A stretch of 64,000 nt of DNA, taken from Chiloscyllium plagiosum. Lineage: Eukaryota. Below are positions 1-14,378 of the stretch, one piece after another; positions within the stretch are counted from its first letter, which is position 1; the number at the start of each line of letters is the position of its first letter. The stretch lies in NCBI RefSeq assembly GCF_004010195.1, contig NC_057713.1:39051555-39115554 (forward strand). Reading direction: 5' to 3'. The notes under the pieces were generated by a model that saw only the letters and a list, made by a program, of their open reading frames with translations, had not been told where the DNA came from and did not search any database. A program made the translations under genes and the position numbers.

Positions 1-1502
1 CTAAAGCAGTATAAGTTTATATACTATCACACTTTCAATAATTCCTTTTGTAGTCTTCATGTTCACCCTCTTCACTACTTGCACCAGATCAATGTCAGAG
101 CTTTGCTGCTGCCCTACTCTTGCATTAGGCCTTGGAAAACAATGTGTTCCCTTCTCATCAAATCACAGTTTCTGATGTCTTTCCACTCAAAGATGCTCTC
201 CTAATTAATTTCATTTTTACTGGTATTTCAATGGTCCCATAATACGCTAGGACCACATTATCAACAGGACACCATCTGACCTAAAACGTACAAGGTCAAA
301 ACTCTAGAACAAACTAAAATTTGATGGGTCTGGGTTCCTCCAGAAATGCTCCAACCTGCCATCACTCCCTGCCCATACCAGTGCTATTACTCCTTTTCAA
401 TGGAAGGCCTCAAACACCTCCTCCTCCTGTCCCTCAGTCCTGCCCCAACTCATAGCTTCTGCACACTGTCACACTTGCTAGACTGATCTGACCAGCGATG
501 GCCTGTCTTCACCCATCTCAATATCAACCTTTCACGAAGTAAACTTCTGCTTCCAACCAGTTGTGTGTGACTTACATTGTAAAATGTGAGACAAAATGTA
601 GGACATCAATAAAGGATCAAGTGGAAAACTGAACACAGCAAAAAAGTGTGAAATAAGCAAGGAAGCAAGAGCCATACAGTTTTACAGCACAGCCCTTCAA
701 CGTATTATCTCCATGCCATTCATCAAGCACTTATCTACTCTGCTCCTATTGTCTCCAGCACTTGTCTATACCTTTTAAGCTACAGCATTTCAAGAACTGA
801 TCTAAATACTTCTTAAATGTTGTGATGGTTCCTGTCCCTACCAACTTTTCAGGCAGCAAGTTCCTCTGCTTCCTGCCATGAAGCCAGTTTTGGATCCATT
901 TGCTAAATTGCCCTGGATTCCATGAGTTCTTACTTGCTTGACCAATGTCCCATGCAAGTCTTTGTAAAAAGCCTTGCTGAAATCCACATACACTACATCA
1001 CACATTATCTCCCACTGACAAAGCTAGGCTATCTTTGATTAATGTTTGCTCCTGCAAGGAGGTCAAATTTTGTTGCTCAAAATTTCACCCAAAGGTTTCC
1101 CTACCATAGATGTCAGACTTCCAGGTCCACAGTTCCTTGGTTTATCCCAATCACCCATTTGAACACTGTTACATTAGATGTCAGACTATTTGAAAAATAA
1201 TGTCAGTGTCCTTGTAATCACCTCCACTGCATTTGACAAGAGCCAGGAACATTTTTTTTCTGGGCCTGGGAAGTTATCAAATTCAATCCTGCTAAAATCG
1301 CTCATATTCCCTGCCTCTCAATTGTAATTTATTCAAATATGTCATAGTACGTCTCCTTGATTTCTAATCCTACATCATTCTTCTCTATCATGAATACAGA
1401 TGCAAACATTCTTATTGAAAACCTCACTTGTGTCTTCTGGTTCCATGCAGTTTTCTACTTTGGTCCCGAATGGACCCTACTCTTCCTCTCATTACATTTT
1501 TT

Positions 1503-1777
1503 ACATTAGGTTACAGTGTGGAAACAGGCCCTTCGGCCCAACAAGTCCACACCGACCCGCAACCCACCCATACCCCTACATTTACCCCTTACCTAACACT
1601 ACGGGCAATTTAGCATGGCCAATTCACCTACCTGCACATCTTTGGACTGTGGGAGGAAACCCACGCAGACACGGGGAGAACGTGCAAACTCCACACAGTC
1701 AGTCGCCTGAGGCGGGAATTGAACCCGGGTCTCTGGCACTGTGAGGCAGCAGTGCTAACCACTGTGCCACCGTGCCG
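1503..1777 (-). mobile_element. HE1-type tRNA-derived SINE
   Basis: Reverse complement starts GCGGCACGGTGGCACAGTGGTTAGCACTGCTGCC with A/B boxes and ends in a CR1-like tail. Confidence 0.88.
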
Positions 1778-2342
1778 CACACACTCATCATCCTTTTGCC
1801 CCTTTTGCCCCTAATATGCTTACAAAATGGACTTCTCTTTATTTACCATTCAATACATTTTCATGCCCCTCTCGTTTTTACAATTTTTAAAATATAAAGT
1901 AATCTGAGCTTTCCATACATTTCTAGGGCAATTGGTGCTTTGAGCCCTCCATTTCTACCTTTTTTATATAAACCTTATCCAATTCTGTAATTGTTCGATA
2001 TCCTGATTTTCTGGACTTGGGTCCCACCCTTCACTTTTACAGGAATATGTTGGTCCTGTGCTTTCATTATTTCCTTTTTGAAAGTCCTCCACTGCCTTCA
2101 TGTAAAATTTCCTACAAGTAGCTGTTCCAAAAGGGACGGTATGGAAGGGTGATACTTGGGAGGGAAAAGTGATGAAAAAGATTGAGGAAAATGTAAGAGA
2201 AAAAGGCTGGAGACAAATAAACAGAAGGAAACAAATTATCAGCAGATGAAAATTAGAAAACAAGTTATTAATTTTTTTACACGGAAGCAATGCTACAGGA
2301 GATCAACAGTACATTTGAAAACAAGTGATAAAGGAGCTTTAC

Positions 2343-2455
2343 CGTACAGTCGGAGCTGTGATCACACCAATGAAGAGAATTCTACCATAACTCAGCACAT
2401 GGCCTGCTTGAAACACAAAGATGTGCTTCAAGAAAAAGGTGTTCAGTTCAGTCAA
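2343..2455 (-). CDS. PTDSS1: Phosphatidylserine synthase 1, coding exon 8 (later exons lie left of the window)
   Basis: [37 protein letters not shown](R); 113 nt; tttAG / GTAAAG. Confidence 0.95.
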
Positions 2456-4343
2456 CTAAAAAACAGAAAAAAAGTTTAATAAAGTCAAATAACATTTTAA
2501 ACTTTCTTAATATGACATAAAATTGTAAATAATTTCACTGTCCTGCATTGAGGTATGAGAACAGTTAAATATTTCACAATATACCTGCTAACTTTCAAAA
2601 GCTAAAAGTTGGATCGTCCACAGGCTGAATGTCAACTTGATAAAATATTCAACAGATGTGTTCAAGGTTTTCTAATGAAAATTGGTTGATATTAATGTAA
2701 TCTACTAAGTCAAAGCTTACTGGATATACAAGAAACATGTTACCGACATGAAATCTGTATGTAATGACATGCATGTTGATAAAGAGTAGAGAATTACCCT
2801 GAAGAGCAGTTTAAATATCCACCTTCACCTTTTTAAATCTGTGATCAGCAACTATATCAACAATTTAATTGAAGACATAATATAAATATAAGTATGGAAT
2901 GTCCCAAGACACTTTACAGGAACATCATAAAGCACAATGTGACAGCAAGTCACATGTGATGATATTCAATCGGGTGACCAAGTACTAGGTCAGAGTGGTA
3001 ATTCTAAAGGAGTAGCTTAATGGAGGAAAGGGACATTGGCAGAGAGATGCAAGAAAAATATTCCAGAGCTTTGAGGTCTAGGCAGCTGAACAACATCCAC
3101 CAATGCCACAGAAGTTAAAATGGAGGGGGTCAAGTTGGCAGAATTAGCAGAGTGCTAATCTCAGAGAGTTATGGGGCTGGGGCAAACTAAGAAGTCAGGA
3201 GGGAATGAAATCATGGAGGAATTTGAAAACAAGGATGAAAATTTTAAAATCATAATGTTGCTTGATCAGAAGGCAATGAAAATCAGCAAACACAATGGTG
3301 ACAGAGAAATGGAACTTGCTGCAAGTTAAGATACGGGCCTTAGAGTTTTAAATAAGCTCACGTTTATGTGGGAGATTAGCCAGAAGTGTACTGGAATAAT
3401 GGAGTTTGCAGATAACAAAGGCAAGAAGAAGGGATTTCAATATCATTTCAGAGAAGAATGAAATCAATAAAGTAACATGTTGTAGAAATGCAAACTAGAC
3501 ATCAGATTTGCATTTATTTCATCATATATTAAAAATAAGCAGTGAAATTTGATAAGACTACACCCTTCACAATTACATGAACATTAATTCCTTGTACCAC
3601 AAACAAGAAATGAATTAGGCTGCAGAGACTGTTGCTATCCTTATAACTACAAGATTTCCAACCAAGTATAGTATCTATGTTGAAGGTTCCATACAATTTA
3701 AAGCACCAGCTTTCATTCTCCCTCCACTCCACCCAGACTTAAATTAAAATTAATTAATAACTACCAAATATGCTTCAATTCTCATCAGGTTTTCATCCCA
3801 TCAGTTCAAAGCTCCACATTCAACAGAGTTGAGTGTGTGTGCTGGAAAAGCACAGCAGTTCAGGCAGCATCCGAGGAGCAGGAGAATTGACGTTTTGGGC
3901 ATAAGCCCTTCATCAAGAATGGAACCACTGGCTTATGAAGTGAGAAAATGGGTCCGAGATTTCACAGTTATCTTATTGGCACAGCCAGACCTCCCTCTCT
4001 CCTCTTCACTTGTTTTACTCTCTCCCATTGTGTTCTTTCTTTCTCATTTGGTGTTTCCTCTTTCCTTCATTTTTATCCCACACTTCCCACAGGATTGACA
4101 CGACAACATGGGGTTAAACAAAGTGACAGAAGAGTGAGAGGTGCAATTTCAGGAGAAGTGGGTATGAGCTAGAAGGTAGAGTGCGGAGGGATATCCATCA
4201 TCAACACAACAGGATGGGGGACTGATCTGCTTTCACCCAATTTCTAGCCCCACTGAAATTGAAAGTTCCATTCAATAAGTCACAAAGAAACATCTTTCTC
4301 AGAATGAGAGGTCACATTTGCTCTGCAGATTTAGGTTTGTTAC

Positions 4344-4485
4344 CTGCCAGATAATTAGGAAGAGGTAGATTCCAGCCACTCTCTGAAAGGAGGATTTTGG
4401 GTCAAACCACCGAACGTATGTCCAGCTGGCTGGAGTAAACTGCAACACTGCCCTTTTCAGCTTTCCACTGGTTGTGTGTATTGCC
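4344..4485 (-). CDS. PTDSS1: Phosphatidylserine synthase 1, coding exon 7
   Basis: [47 protein letters not shown]; 142 nt; AG / GTAAC. Confidence 0.96.
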
Positions 4486-5079
4486 CTGATGAAGACATGT
4501 AATATTAGTACGGGCATAACAGAAAATGAAAAACCCTTCTGTCATTGAACACAAAAAGTATACGTTTTGTAAATCATTGCTTTTGTTAGCTGTTGAAGTG
4601 GCTGTGAAGTTACAAAACTGGCAGGAGAGGTCATAATGAGAAGCAAATGTTGGGGTACCTTTAGGCAACAGCAATTACAGTGTATTAAAATCAAGGTCAA
4701 GAAGGATGCAAATAGGTCCAAGACCAAACTAATAAATTGGGAAAAAAAAATTTTGAGGTGATAAGAATGAAATTAGGGAAAATAATCATTAAAAAAGCTA
4801 ACAAAGAAATAGAAGAGTAATAGGAAGTATGTACAATGGTGATAAATAGGAAAATAATATATTGCACATAAAACAAGAGAAAGCTAATAACAGCACAGTA
4901 TAAATAAGGAATGACAAATTGCATTTATATAGTGCTCTTCACAAGCATAGGATGCCTTCAAGTACCTGTATCTTCCAGGGGATTAAGTATTTTTCAGAGT
5001 GTACAAACTGTTCTAATGCAGGTATTAATTATTTGGTCTCAGCAAACTCCCACGCACAACAAAAATAATGTCTTACACA

Positions 5080-5270
5080 AAACAGAGTTTACTGGAGAAG
5101 CTCAGCAGGTCTGGCAACACTTATGAAGAGAAATCAAAGTTAATGTTTGAGATCCGGCGACCCTCAGAATGTTACGTTAACTTTGATTTCTCTCCACATA
5201 TGCTGCCAAATCTGCTGAGCTTTACCAGCAAACTTTTGTTTCTGATTTACAGCATCCACAGTTCTTTCGG
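5080..5270. mobile_element. Old fold-back element; relatives at ~6425-6555, ~34400-34590, ~59300-59410, ~62290-62530
   Basis: CTGGAGAAGCTCAGCAGGTCTGGCA / TGCCAAATCTGCTGAGCTTTACCAG inverted arms. Confidence 0.65.
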
Positions 5271-7849
5271 TGTTTAAAAATAATGACCTGATCATTTGTA
5301 GTTTTTGTGATGTTGATCGAGGATGCATCGAAAATAACTCCCCTGTTCTTCTTCAGAATAGTGCTGTGAATTTTTCATCCCGTCCAAAGAGACAGCTGGG
5401 ACCTCTTCACAACTACACTCAATGTCCATCTTTATTTTCACGATCAAGATCTGCAGCGGGTATTGAACCTGTGACCTTGTGATTCAGAGGTGAGTGTTCT
5501 ACCAAATCAGCCATGACCAACACACAGAGAAACAGATAGAGAAGCAAATAAAAGTAAAACTGAAACTAAAGAGAGAGAAATAAAGAAAGTGGTCCTGTGG
5601 CATAGCAGCAGTGTCTCTGCCAGAGTATGTCCAGGTAGGTCGATGAAAATAACTCATGGACCATCTGACCACCCCAACTGCTGTGACATTGCCCTTATTA
5701 TTAAATAGTATTACACCTGCAGTCTCATAGGTTCCACTCGCTTCCTGAGCGTGCACTTCTCATTAAAATTCCCAATAAAAGGTGAATAATAGCGCCCTTG
5801 TGGCACAGTGGTAGTGTCCCTACCTCTGGGCCAGGAGCTCTGGGTTCAATTCCCACCTGTTCCAGAGCAATGTCATAACATGCCTGAATCAGGTTGATCT
5901 ATAAAGGCAAGAAAGGAGATGACAACAAAGGGGAATGAGAAAAGTTGCAGGAAAAGAAAGAATTAAGAAAAACCATGAAGGGATAGAAAAGGAAAACAAA
6001 ATTAGTCCACGAACATCATTTTAAACATTACAGTTCAGGTTTGGGACGGGTTCACTAAAGAACACAGTTGATAATATTTCTGCCAATTTGCTTTCTTTAA
6101 GTAATTACCCAGGAAACTAACACGGTGGACATGATATTACAAAAAGATACTAAGAAAAGACATAAATACATGCAGGACAGAAAGATTGGGAGGGATAGAG
6201 GGGAAGAAGAAGCGATGACAATTAATGAAGTAATCATTCTGCAGAAAGGAAAAGAAAGAAACAGAAAATATTGGAAATACTCAAGGCAGGCAACATGCTT
6301 GTCTTTAAACATGTGAACCGAGAAGAGTTGGAACAGAACAAAAGGGAAGCTCTTTTAACGTGAAAGAGAGGCGAAATTAAAGGAAATAAAGTGTTGATGG
6401 TGCAAGGCCAGAACAGTAATAATAGATAAAAACCAAAAGAACTGCAGATGTTGCAAATCAGAAATTGCTGGAAGACTGACCCAAAATGTTAACTCTGATT
6501 TTTCTCCACAGATGCTGTCTGACTTGCTGAGCTTTTCCAGCAATTTCTGTTTTGTGACAGTAATAATAGAACAAGGGAAGAAACAAAAGAAATGGCTAGA
6601 GAAGGTGTGATGGACAGCTGCCAGCCTGGAGCAAAGGAGAAGGTGGGAAAACCGAAAACTGCGCAGGAATACACAAAAAGAAGGCGGAGATTGCAGTCTG
6701 AAATCAACGGAGTCAAGTTTAGATCTGAAAGGCTGTAATATACTTAATCTAAAAAGGTGACAATCTTTTTTTTGAGCTTATTTGGAAATTTATTGATGGC
6801 TTGTAGTGGAGAAGATAAAATAATAATAGACCCTTCATCCTCAAGATGCAGATTAAAAAACATTAGGCATTTCTACACACATATAAAAAGTCATTAGAAA
6901 AAGGAAAAGTGCGACAGAACTGGCAGTGTGCTTACATGCTTCCTATATATATTATACATATCAAAACGGAGATAGAAAACAACTATATATAAATTGGCTA
7001 AATGCTAAAGGCAAAAGAGATAATGATATCCTTACTCAAATCTATACGTGTAAAATATTGAGAAACTAAAAATGAGAGTAGTCAGCATGAATTCCAAAAA
7101 GAAAGGTCATGCCTGACCAACCTTATTAAATGATTTGAAATAACAGGATAGCTAAAGGTAATGCAGTAAATGTAATACATTTGGATTCAGAAATGTTTCT
7201 GAAACTGCACAGTAGAATCATTATTATATCATAACAGATGGAGTTAGGGAACAAATAACAAAACGGACAGCATGCTGGTTACAAATGAAAAAGATAATAA
7301 GGATTAGATAGAATAGAAAAAGGTAGCTAGCAGTATTTCACAAGAATCAGCAATGGGACCACCACCATTCACCAGGTACACAGAGAATTTGTCATTCAGA
7401 ACTGCAAGTAAAATGTCACAATTTGAGAGTGAAACCTTTCTTTTTTGGGAGGGAGACATGTAACTAATACAGAAATACAACAAAATATAAGAACACATTA
7501 ATAAACTTGCAGAATGAACTTAAATAACAATAGTATGATAAATAAGAGGCAACATCCTCCTCAGTGAGTTAAAATAGGATAGAAGAGAAAGGAGATCATT
7601 ACCAGTAGGTACACAGATCAATGATTCTTAAAAACAAAAGCAAACAAAGTAACAAAGTTAAATTTCCAGAGGAACAGAACTGAAAAGCAGAGAAGCTTCG
7701 ATAAACAGGTCTCATAACTTCGGTTAGATCTCACTTGGAACACTATGAAGTATATTATTTTCCACATCATGAGGAGGATATTAAGTCATTGGAGACGGTA
7801 CAAAAAGAGACTTACTATAATTAATTTGAATAGAATATAGAAGTAGGGT

Positions 7850-8416
7850 TGTCTTGCCAAAACTATACAGAGCACTAGTTAGACCACAGCAAGAATACTC
7901 TGAACTATTGAGACACTCCAGGGAAGGAACTTTAGGTCAAGCCAGGTTATACAGTGTTTTTATTTTAAGAAGGAGGGGACGAGTAGACTGGACCTGTACT
8001 CATTGGAGTTTAGAATAATAAGATAGCCTTACTGAACCACACAAGATTCCTTGGGTCTTAGACAGGATAGCTGCTGAGAGGTTGTTTAGCCTTGTGGGAG
8101 AGTCTGGCACCAGAGGGCATAATCTCAGAATAAGAGGTCACACATTTAGACAGAGATGACCAGGATTTGTTTCGCTCCTTTAACAGGATATTGAATCTGT
8201 AGAATTCTTTACTGCAGGAAGCTATCGAGGCTGAGTCATTAAGTCTCTTCAAGGCCAAAACTGACAATTTGTAATCAGTAAAGGGAATCAAAGGTTGTGG
8301 GTTAAATGCAGGGAAGTGGATTTGGGGATTATCAGATCAGCCATGACGACATTGAATGGTGGAGCAGATTCGATGGGGCAATTGGGCTATTCTTGTTCCG
8401 ACATCTCGTGGTCTTA
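7850..8416 (+). mobile_element. Older CR1-type LINE 3' fragment (related relics at ~19615-20225, ~15800-16500 and ~61030-62200)
   Basis: CTGTACTCATTGGAGTTTAGAA...ATCAGATCAGCCATGA...GAATGGTGGAGCAG. Confidence 0.65.
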
Positions 8417-8795
8417 TATCAGAAACAACAGGCTGTGATAAGAAAAGACTGGAACATTTGGTTTTATATGGGTAAAGATGAAGAAAAATGCTTCCACTTG
8501 TGCTCCAGACAAGAAATAAGGGCCATAAATACAAGGCAGTCACTAACAGATGCAATGGAAAATTCAAGAGGAAGATTTTCACCCAGAGAGTGGGAGGACT
8601 AGCTAAAATAAATAACACTGATGCTTTTAAATGGAAACTTGATAAGCACATAAGAGAGGAAGGCAATGCTAGTTGGTGGGGTCAGATAAAGTAGTAAGAA
8701 GCCGCTGTGCTATGTATAAACACCAGCATGAACTGCTGGAATGATTAATGCGCTGTTATTTTTTGCAATGTGGAACATATAACTAAAAGCACTTA

Positions 8796-8948
<153 letters not shown>

Positions 8949-9514
8949 CTAAAAGACAAACAAAAGGAATGCTACATCATATAAAGAACAAATTCAAAGG
9001 TAATTTACAGCAGTTAATAGTTTAAAACTTATTAACAGAATAATATTAATATCTCTCACAGGGCTCCACAGATAGTGTCCTTTTATCTGAGCCAGGAGAT
9101 CTGGGTTCACATCTCATTTGCTCCAGAGCTATGTAATAACAACCCTGAACAGGTCGATTAGAAAATTTCCATAAATACCTCTCCATTACACCAAATTTCA
9201 AACAGGTGTAGTAAGGAAGCAGTTAGAAATCCTGCATTGCCTCAAGGTCACTACACATTAAGATGTACAATATGCAACAATACTTCTGGAATTTGGATTT
9301 TCAAAAAAAATAGAGGCAGATGGACTTTGGTCAGTTATGTCAAGATTTTATTTTAAATAAAGAAAGGTCAGAAAGTCATTTGAATAGTGACCTGGATATG
9401 TCAATTCCAGGTAGGTTACGTGACTTTGGTTAAGCACTTGTGAGAAGCCTGTAGAGTTGATGGATAAATGCTTATAATATTGAGTTCATAACTGATACAA
9501 TAAAAACATTAAGG

Positions 9515-9887
9515 GCATTACTTGTAGAGGTGTGTAAAATCATGTGGAGTATAGATTAGGAAAAAGATCTTTCTGTTTACCTTATGTGGGGGAGTTCGAA
9601 ATTAGGGGGCATATTTTTAAGGTGAGAGGAGAAAGACTTAAATGGGACCTGAAGGGCAGCTTTTTCGCACAGAGGATGGCTCATATGTGGAATGAACTCC
9701 CAGCAAAGTGGTAGATGCAGGTACAGTTAAAACATTTAAAAGACATTTGGACAGGTACATGATTCGGAAAGGTTTAGAGGGAGAAAGGCCAAATACAGAC
9801 AAACGGGACTAGTTTACTTTGGGAAACTTTGTCGGCATAGACAAGTTGTACCAGAGGGTCCGTTTCTGTACTGTATAACTATGACTC
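9515..9887 (+). mobile_element. CR1/HER1-type LINE 3' fragment
   Basis: AAGGTGAGAGGAGAAAGA...CTGTATAACTATGACTC, homologous to the 13750-14378 tail. Confidence 0.75.
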
Positions 9888-10345
9888 AAAAAAGCAGTTC
9901 AGTTTTGACTTCAAAATGAAGGTTCCATGTCTCAGTTCAGAATAATCCAGTGCTCAGTCACAAGAGAGAACAATTTCTCCTGACAGAACAATCAACTCAG
10001 TTCAGGGGAATTCAACCAGTGACATTAGCAGAAGCGGTTTCTACTCTATGGAACTTACAAGCCAAAGCAGGTAGAATAGGAATTAAATTGTTAGAATTGA
10101 GAAAGTTTAGTTTCTCAAAATTATGATGAACTCATGCTAGCAGACTCAGAAAGGAATTGTAAAAGTGCCTCCAATTCCAAGGAAAAGAAATTGGGAAAGT
10201 TAATTCAGTAAAGACTTAATGAGTTGAGATAGAAGTAAAAGTTCCTCTTTCGCTGGAATGGAGTGTCTGTAACAGATAGTGTTGGAAAACGGGTTGAAAC
10301 TGTTTTATTCTGCTTGTTAAGATGTTTCCATCTGTCTTCTATATA

Positions 10346-11098
10346 TTACAGTTTGCAACCTCTTTTATATACACTTAATCCTACAGAGACTATAGCAACC
10401 GTTGAATTTACAGGTCGATTCCAGGAGCATTTGCTCATTAGATATTGTTCAGCCAACACTGAGTTGCTTTTGTTCATCTTTTGTACAATAACCTCATGTT
10501 ATGAAAATACATGAGTTGCAGTAACTAATCACAACATTAACCAACCACAAAATGTTGAAAAAAAACTTATCAAGCCAGGTTTCATTCTGGAATATGACAT
10601 GACATTTCCAGGATAATCATCTGTTGGAATTAGAACAACACAAAGTTGTTACCAGGGGATTACTCTGCCCTTTCCACCCATTACTGAGAAGGAAACTATC
10701 CCCACAACTCAGCAGAAAAATTAAAACGTTTATGTGAATAAATGGGACCTTGCCAACATTGTTTACATCTTTAAAAATTTAGATCACCGAATAAATGCTA
10801 TTCCACTACTCAATTCTGTGATGAAAACTGGAACTGCTACCACGAATAACAGGGTTGCAGATTAACACTTTCTGCAGACCGACAAAGAATAGTTACAGCA
10901 GAAAACACAAACCCACATAATACTCTCCAAGGAACAATTCTTGGGTCATTTACAAAATGTCTGGTGATCAATTATAATGTTGGCTGAACAATATCTAATG
11001 AGCAAATGCTCCTGGAATCGACCTGTAAATTCAACGGTTGCTATAGTCTCCGTGGGATTAAGTGTCTTAATGTATACAAAAGAGATTGCAAACTGTAA
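10346..11098. repeat. Inverted repeat, arms 10346-10458 and 10978-11098, in PTDSS1 intron 5
   Basis: ATTTACAGGTCGATTCCAGGAGCATTTGCTCATTAGATATTGTTCAGCCAACA is the exact reverse complement of the right-arm core. Confidence 0.92.
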
Positions 11099-11722
11099 TT
11101 GAGAAAGGTTTCATAAAAGCAGCACACTTTCTCCAATAACAAGTTCCCACCACCACAGCGCTTTCGCCTATCAAAATTATTTTCACAAAATCAAATTTTT
11201 TTTATTCCATCATGGGCATTATTGGCATTTGTTCCTAATTCCTAAATACTATTGAGATTCATAAATTTATACAAATTTTCAATTTTTTAAAAATCATTAC
11301 AGATTTACTCCAAGCAATAGGAAACTAGATTGCAAACAGAATCAGGGACTTTGATTTCTCCCCCCACTAGGCAAGGGAAGTGTGTCACAATTTACCAATT
11401 GAAAAAATTGCTTACTCAGCACAGATTGGGACATGAATCTAGATTGTGTCAAAAAACATCTTCCTTATTAAATGCTCAAATGTTCGGATTTAATGCTTAT
11501 AAAACTCAAAATAATATAACACTAACCATCTGCCGATCATATGGTTTTGTGTAACAGCACAAGAAAATTTATTGTCACTCTGTTCCTTGGTTTGGTAGTT
11601 AAAAAATAATGTTTTGTTTATATTCTGTCCCCTTCCTCATTTAAAATGATTGAGATGTCAAGATGTAGATGCAGTTCAAAATAATACAACACTGCTTCAA
11701 AATCTTAAGGAGGTCCTATTTA

Positions 11723-11950
<228 letters not shown>

Positions 11951-12772
11951 CTATTAAAACAAAATATTCAAGGAAATTGCTGTCATCTTTAAATGTTAGG
12001 CGTGACAAAAATCTGACATAGATGATTGCTTATCCAGCATTCCTCTCACATAACTTCAAGATCAGAGAAAAACATTAAACTGAGGTATTCATGCAACAAT
12101 AAAACAGCACACTAACTAAAGGAGGAACAGTTCTCAAAGGCACTGAGGGGTTGGTTACTCTACAAACATAATAACCAGGCTGGTAAATTTGTTGAGCTGT
12201 TATTATAAACAGGTCATAGTCACTTAGTCATAGAGACGTACAGCATGGAAACAGACTCTTCGGTCCAACTCGTCCATGCCGACCAGCTATCCCAACCCAA
12301 TCTAGTCCCACCTGCTAGGACCAAGCCCAAATCCCTCCCTAATCGGATACCCATAGTGAAAGTGAAGAAAAATAAGATTACAAAAGTGCTAAATACGGTT
12401 GGATATTGTAAATGAATGCAAAATGAATGAATTTAAATGAATATTTAAGCTAAGACAGTATAAATATTTTCATCAAAGACAATCTCATTTAAAATGTGAT
12501 TCATTCCCAAAGATCAAAGTTCTGTGTATATTCACTTAAAATAAGGAAACTATTCTACCACCAGATGCACCACCTGACACAGTGGTTTGTTTAGATCAGT
12601 ATTTCTATTCAAAGCCATCCAATGTTTATTGAACAGAAATTTTCTCCATTCCCCTTGCCAGTGGAAAATACAAACTTTGGGAAGATTTTTAATGTAAGGT
12701 AATGTAATGTAGACTCTCCAGAGTACCAAAAGGAAGAAAGTTTCAGGCTGATCCATGCAGCATAATTATACG

Positions 12773-13098
12773 GGGAGAAACTGAGGACTGCAGATGCTGG
12801 AGATCAGAATCGAGAGTGTGTTGCTAGGAAAGCACAGCAGGTCAGGCAGCATCCGAGGAGCAGGAGATTCGACTTTTCAGACATAAGCCCTTCAGCAGGA
12901 ATGAGGCTTGTGGGCAGGGGCTGAGAGATAAATGGAAGGGGGTGGGGTTTGGGGGGTGGAAGGTAGCTGAGAAAGTGATAAAGGTGAGGGAGAAGGCGAT
13001 AGGTTGGGGTGGGATGGGTCGGAGTGGTAATGGACAGGTCGGGAGTACGCTGCCGAGTTGGAGGCTTGGGACTGGGATACTGTGGGAGGAGGGGAAAT
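12773..13098 (-). mobile_element. Penelope-type terminal repeat, degenerate hammerhead core
   Basis: Homologous to 39640-39930 in the opposite orientation; shorter relatives at ~3827-3918, ~18800-18886, ~19490-19608. Confidence 0.75.
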
Positions 13099-13749
13099 GA
13101 GCATAATTATATGGGACATATTGTTTAATCTGCGATTTTTTATATAATGTGTACGTGAATTGAACCCAAAATCATTGGGAAAGAGAGAGTTTAAAATCCT
13201 GAAACTAAAATAAAATTGACTAAAAGTATAAATTTTAAAAATTTTTTTAGACATTTTAAAAAATTCAACTGCAAATCAACAAAAGATCCATTAAATTCAT
13301 TTTCTGTAAAATTATGAATGTTGTTCCTTCATTGAGCAGGAGAAAGAAACTTCAACTGCCTCTCAAAAGCATTGCAGTTGCAACTTTTCTTAATAATAGT
13401 GATCACAGAAACTGATTAAAAATAGGAAGAAACCTCAACTGCAAACAATGAACTGTGTCTATTGCTGAATTTGGGGCTCCTTGCTATGTACTGACCTATA
13501 TTAGAACAAACTAGCAATCTTAGCCAAGAATTTCCATAGAATTACTCTTCAAAGGTTACTTTAATTACAACAGAATAGGTAGGCATTGGATTCCAAATTG
13601 TGCAATTTTCTTCTCAACTTCCTAATAAATGTCAGGATATATACATGTGTTTAGAGAAACGTTTGGTTATATGCTGCAAGAATAACATGAGAAGAAAACA
13701 ATTAAACATTTTCAACTAATGATAACCAAAAATAATATTTCAAAATTAA

Positions 13750-14378
13750 TTTGGTATGCTTTCCTTTATTGGTTAGAGTATTGAGTACAGGGGTTGGGAG
13801 GTCATGTTGTGGCTGTACAGGACATTGGTTAGGCCACTTTTGGAATAATACATGCAATTCTAGTCTCCTTCCTATCGGAAGGATGTTGTGAAAACTGAAA
13901 GAGTTCAGAGAAGATTTACAAGCATGTTGCCAGGATTGGAGGATTTGAGTATAGGGAGAGGTTGAATATGCTGGGGTTGTGTTTCTAGAACGTCAGAAAC
14001 TGAGGGGTGACCTTATAGAGATACATAAAATCATGAGGGGCATGAATTGGATAAATAGACAAAGTCTCTTCCTTGGGATGGGGGCGTCCAGAACTAGAGG
14101 GCATAGGTTTAGGGTGAGAGGGGAATAAGAGACCTAAGAGGCAACTTTTTCACATAGAAGGTGGTACGTGTATGGAATGAGCTGCCAGAGGATGTGGTGG
14201 AAGCTGGTACAGTTGCAACATTTAAAAGGCATCTGGATGGCTATATGAATAGGAAGGGTTTGGATGGACATGGGCCAGGTGCTGGCAGGGGGGACTAGAT
14301 TGGGTGGGGATATCTGGCTGGCATGGACGAGTTTGCCCAAAGGGTCTGTTTACACACTGTACATCTCTATGACTCTAA
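13750..14378 (+). mobile_element. CR1/HER1-type LINE 3' fragment
   Basis: Typical CR1 3' sequence ending TACATCTCTATGACTCTA; absent from the duplicate at ~38160-38180. Confidence 0.85.

Noticed and set aside
1-2340. PTDSS1 exon 9
   Set aside because: No QYYAYLTD-like sequence found by eye; the region is LINE/SINE relics, so the gene presumably continues beyond the window
3827-3918. Active hammerhead ribozymes here and at ~12870-12900 and ~26250-26280
   Set aside because: One or both catalytic boxes are mutated (for example GAAA to AAAA, CUGAUGA to CUGCUGA)
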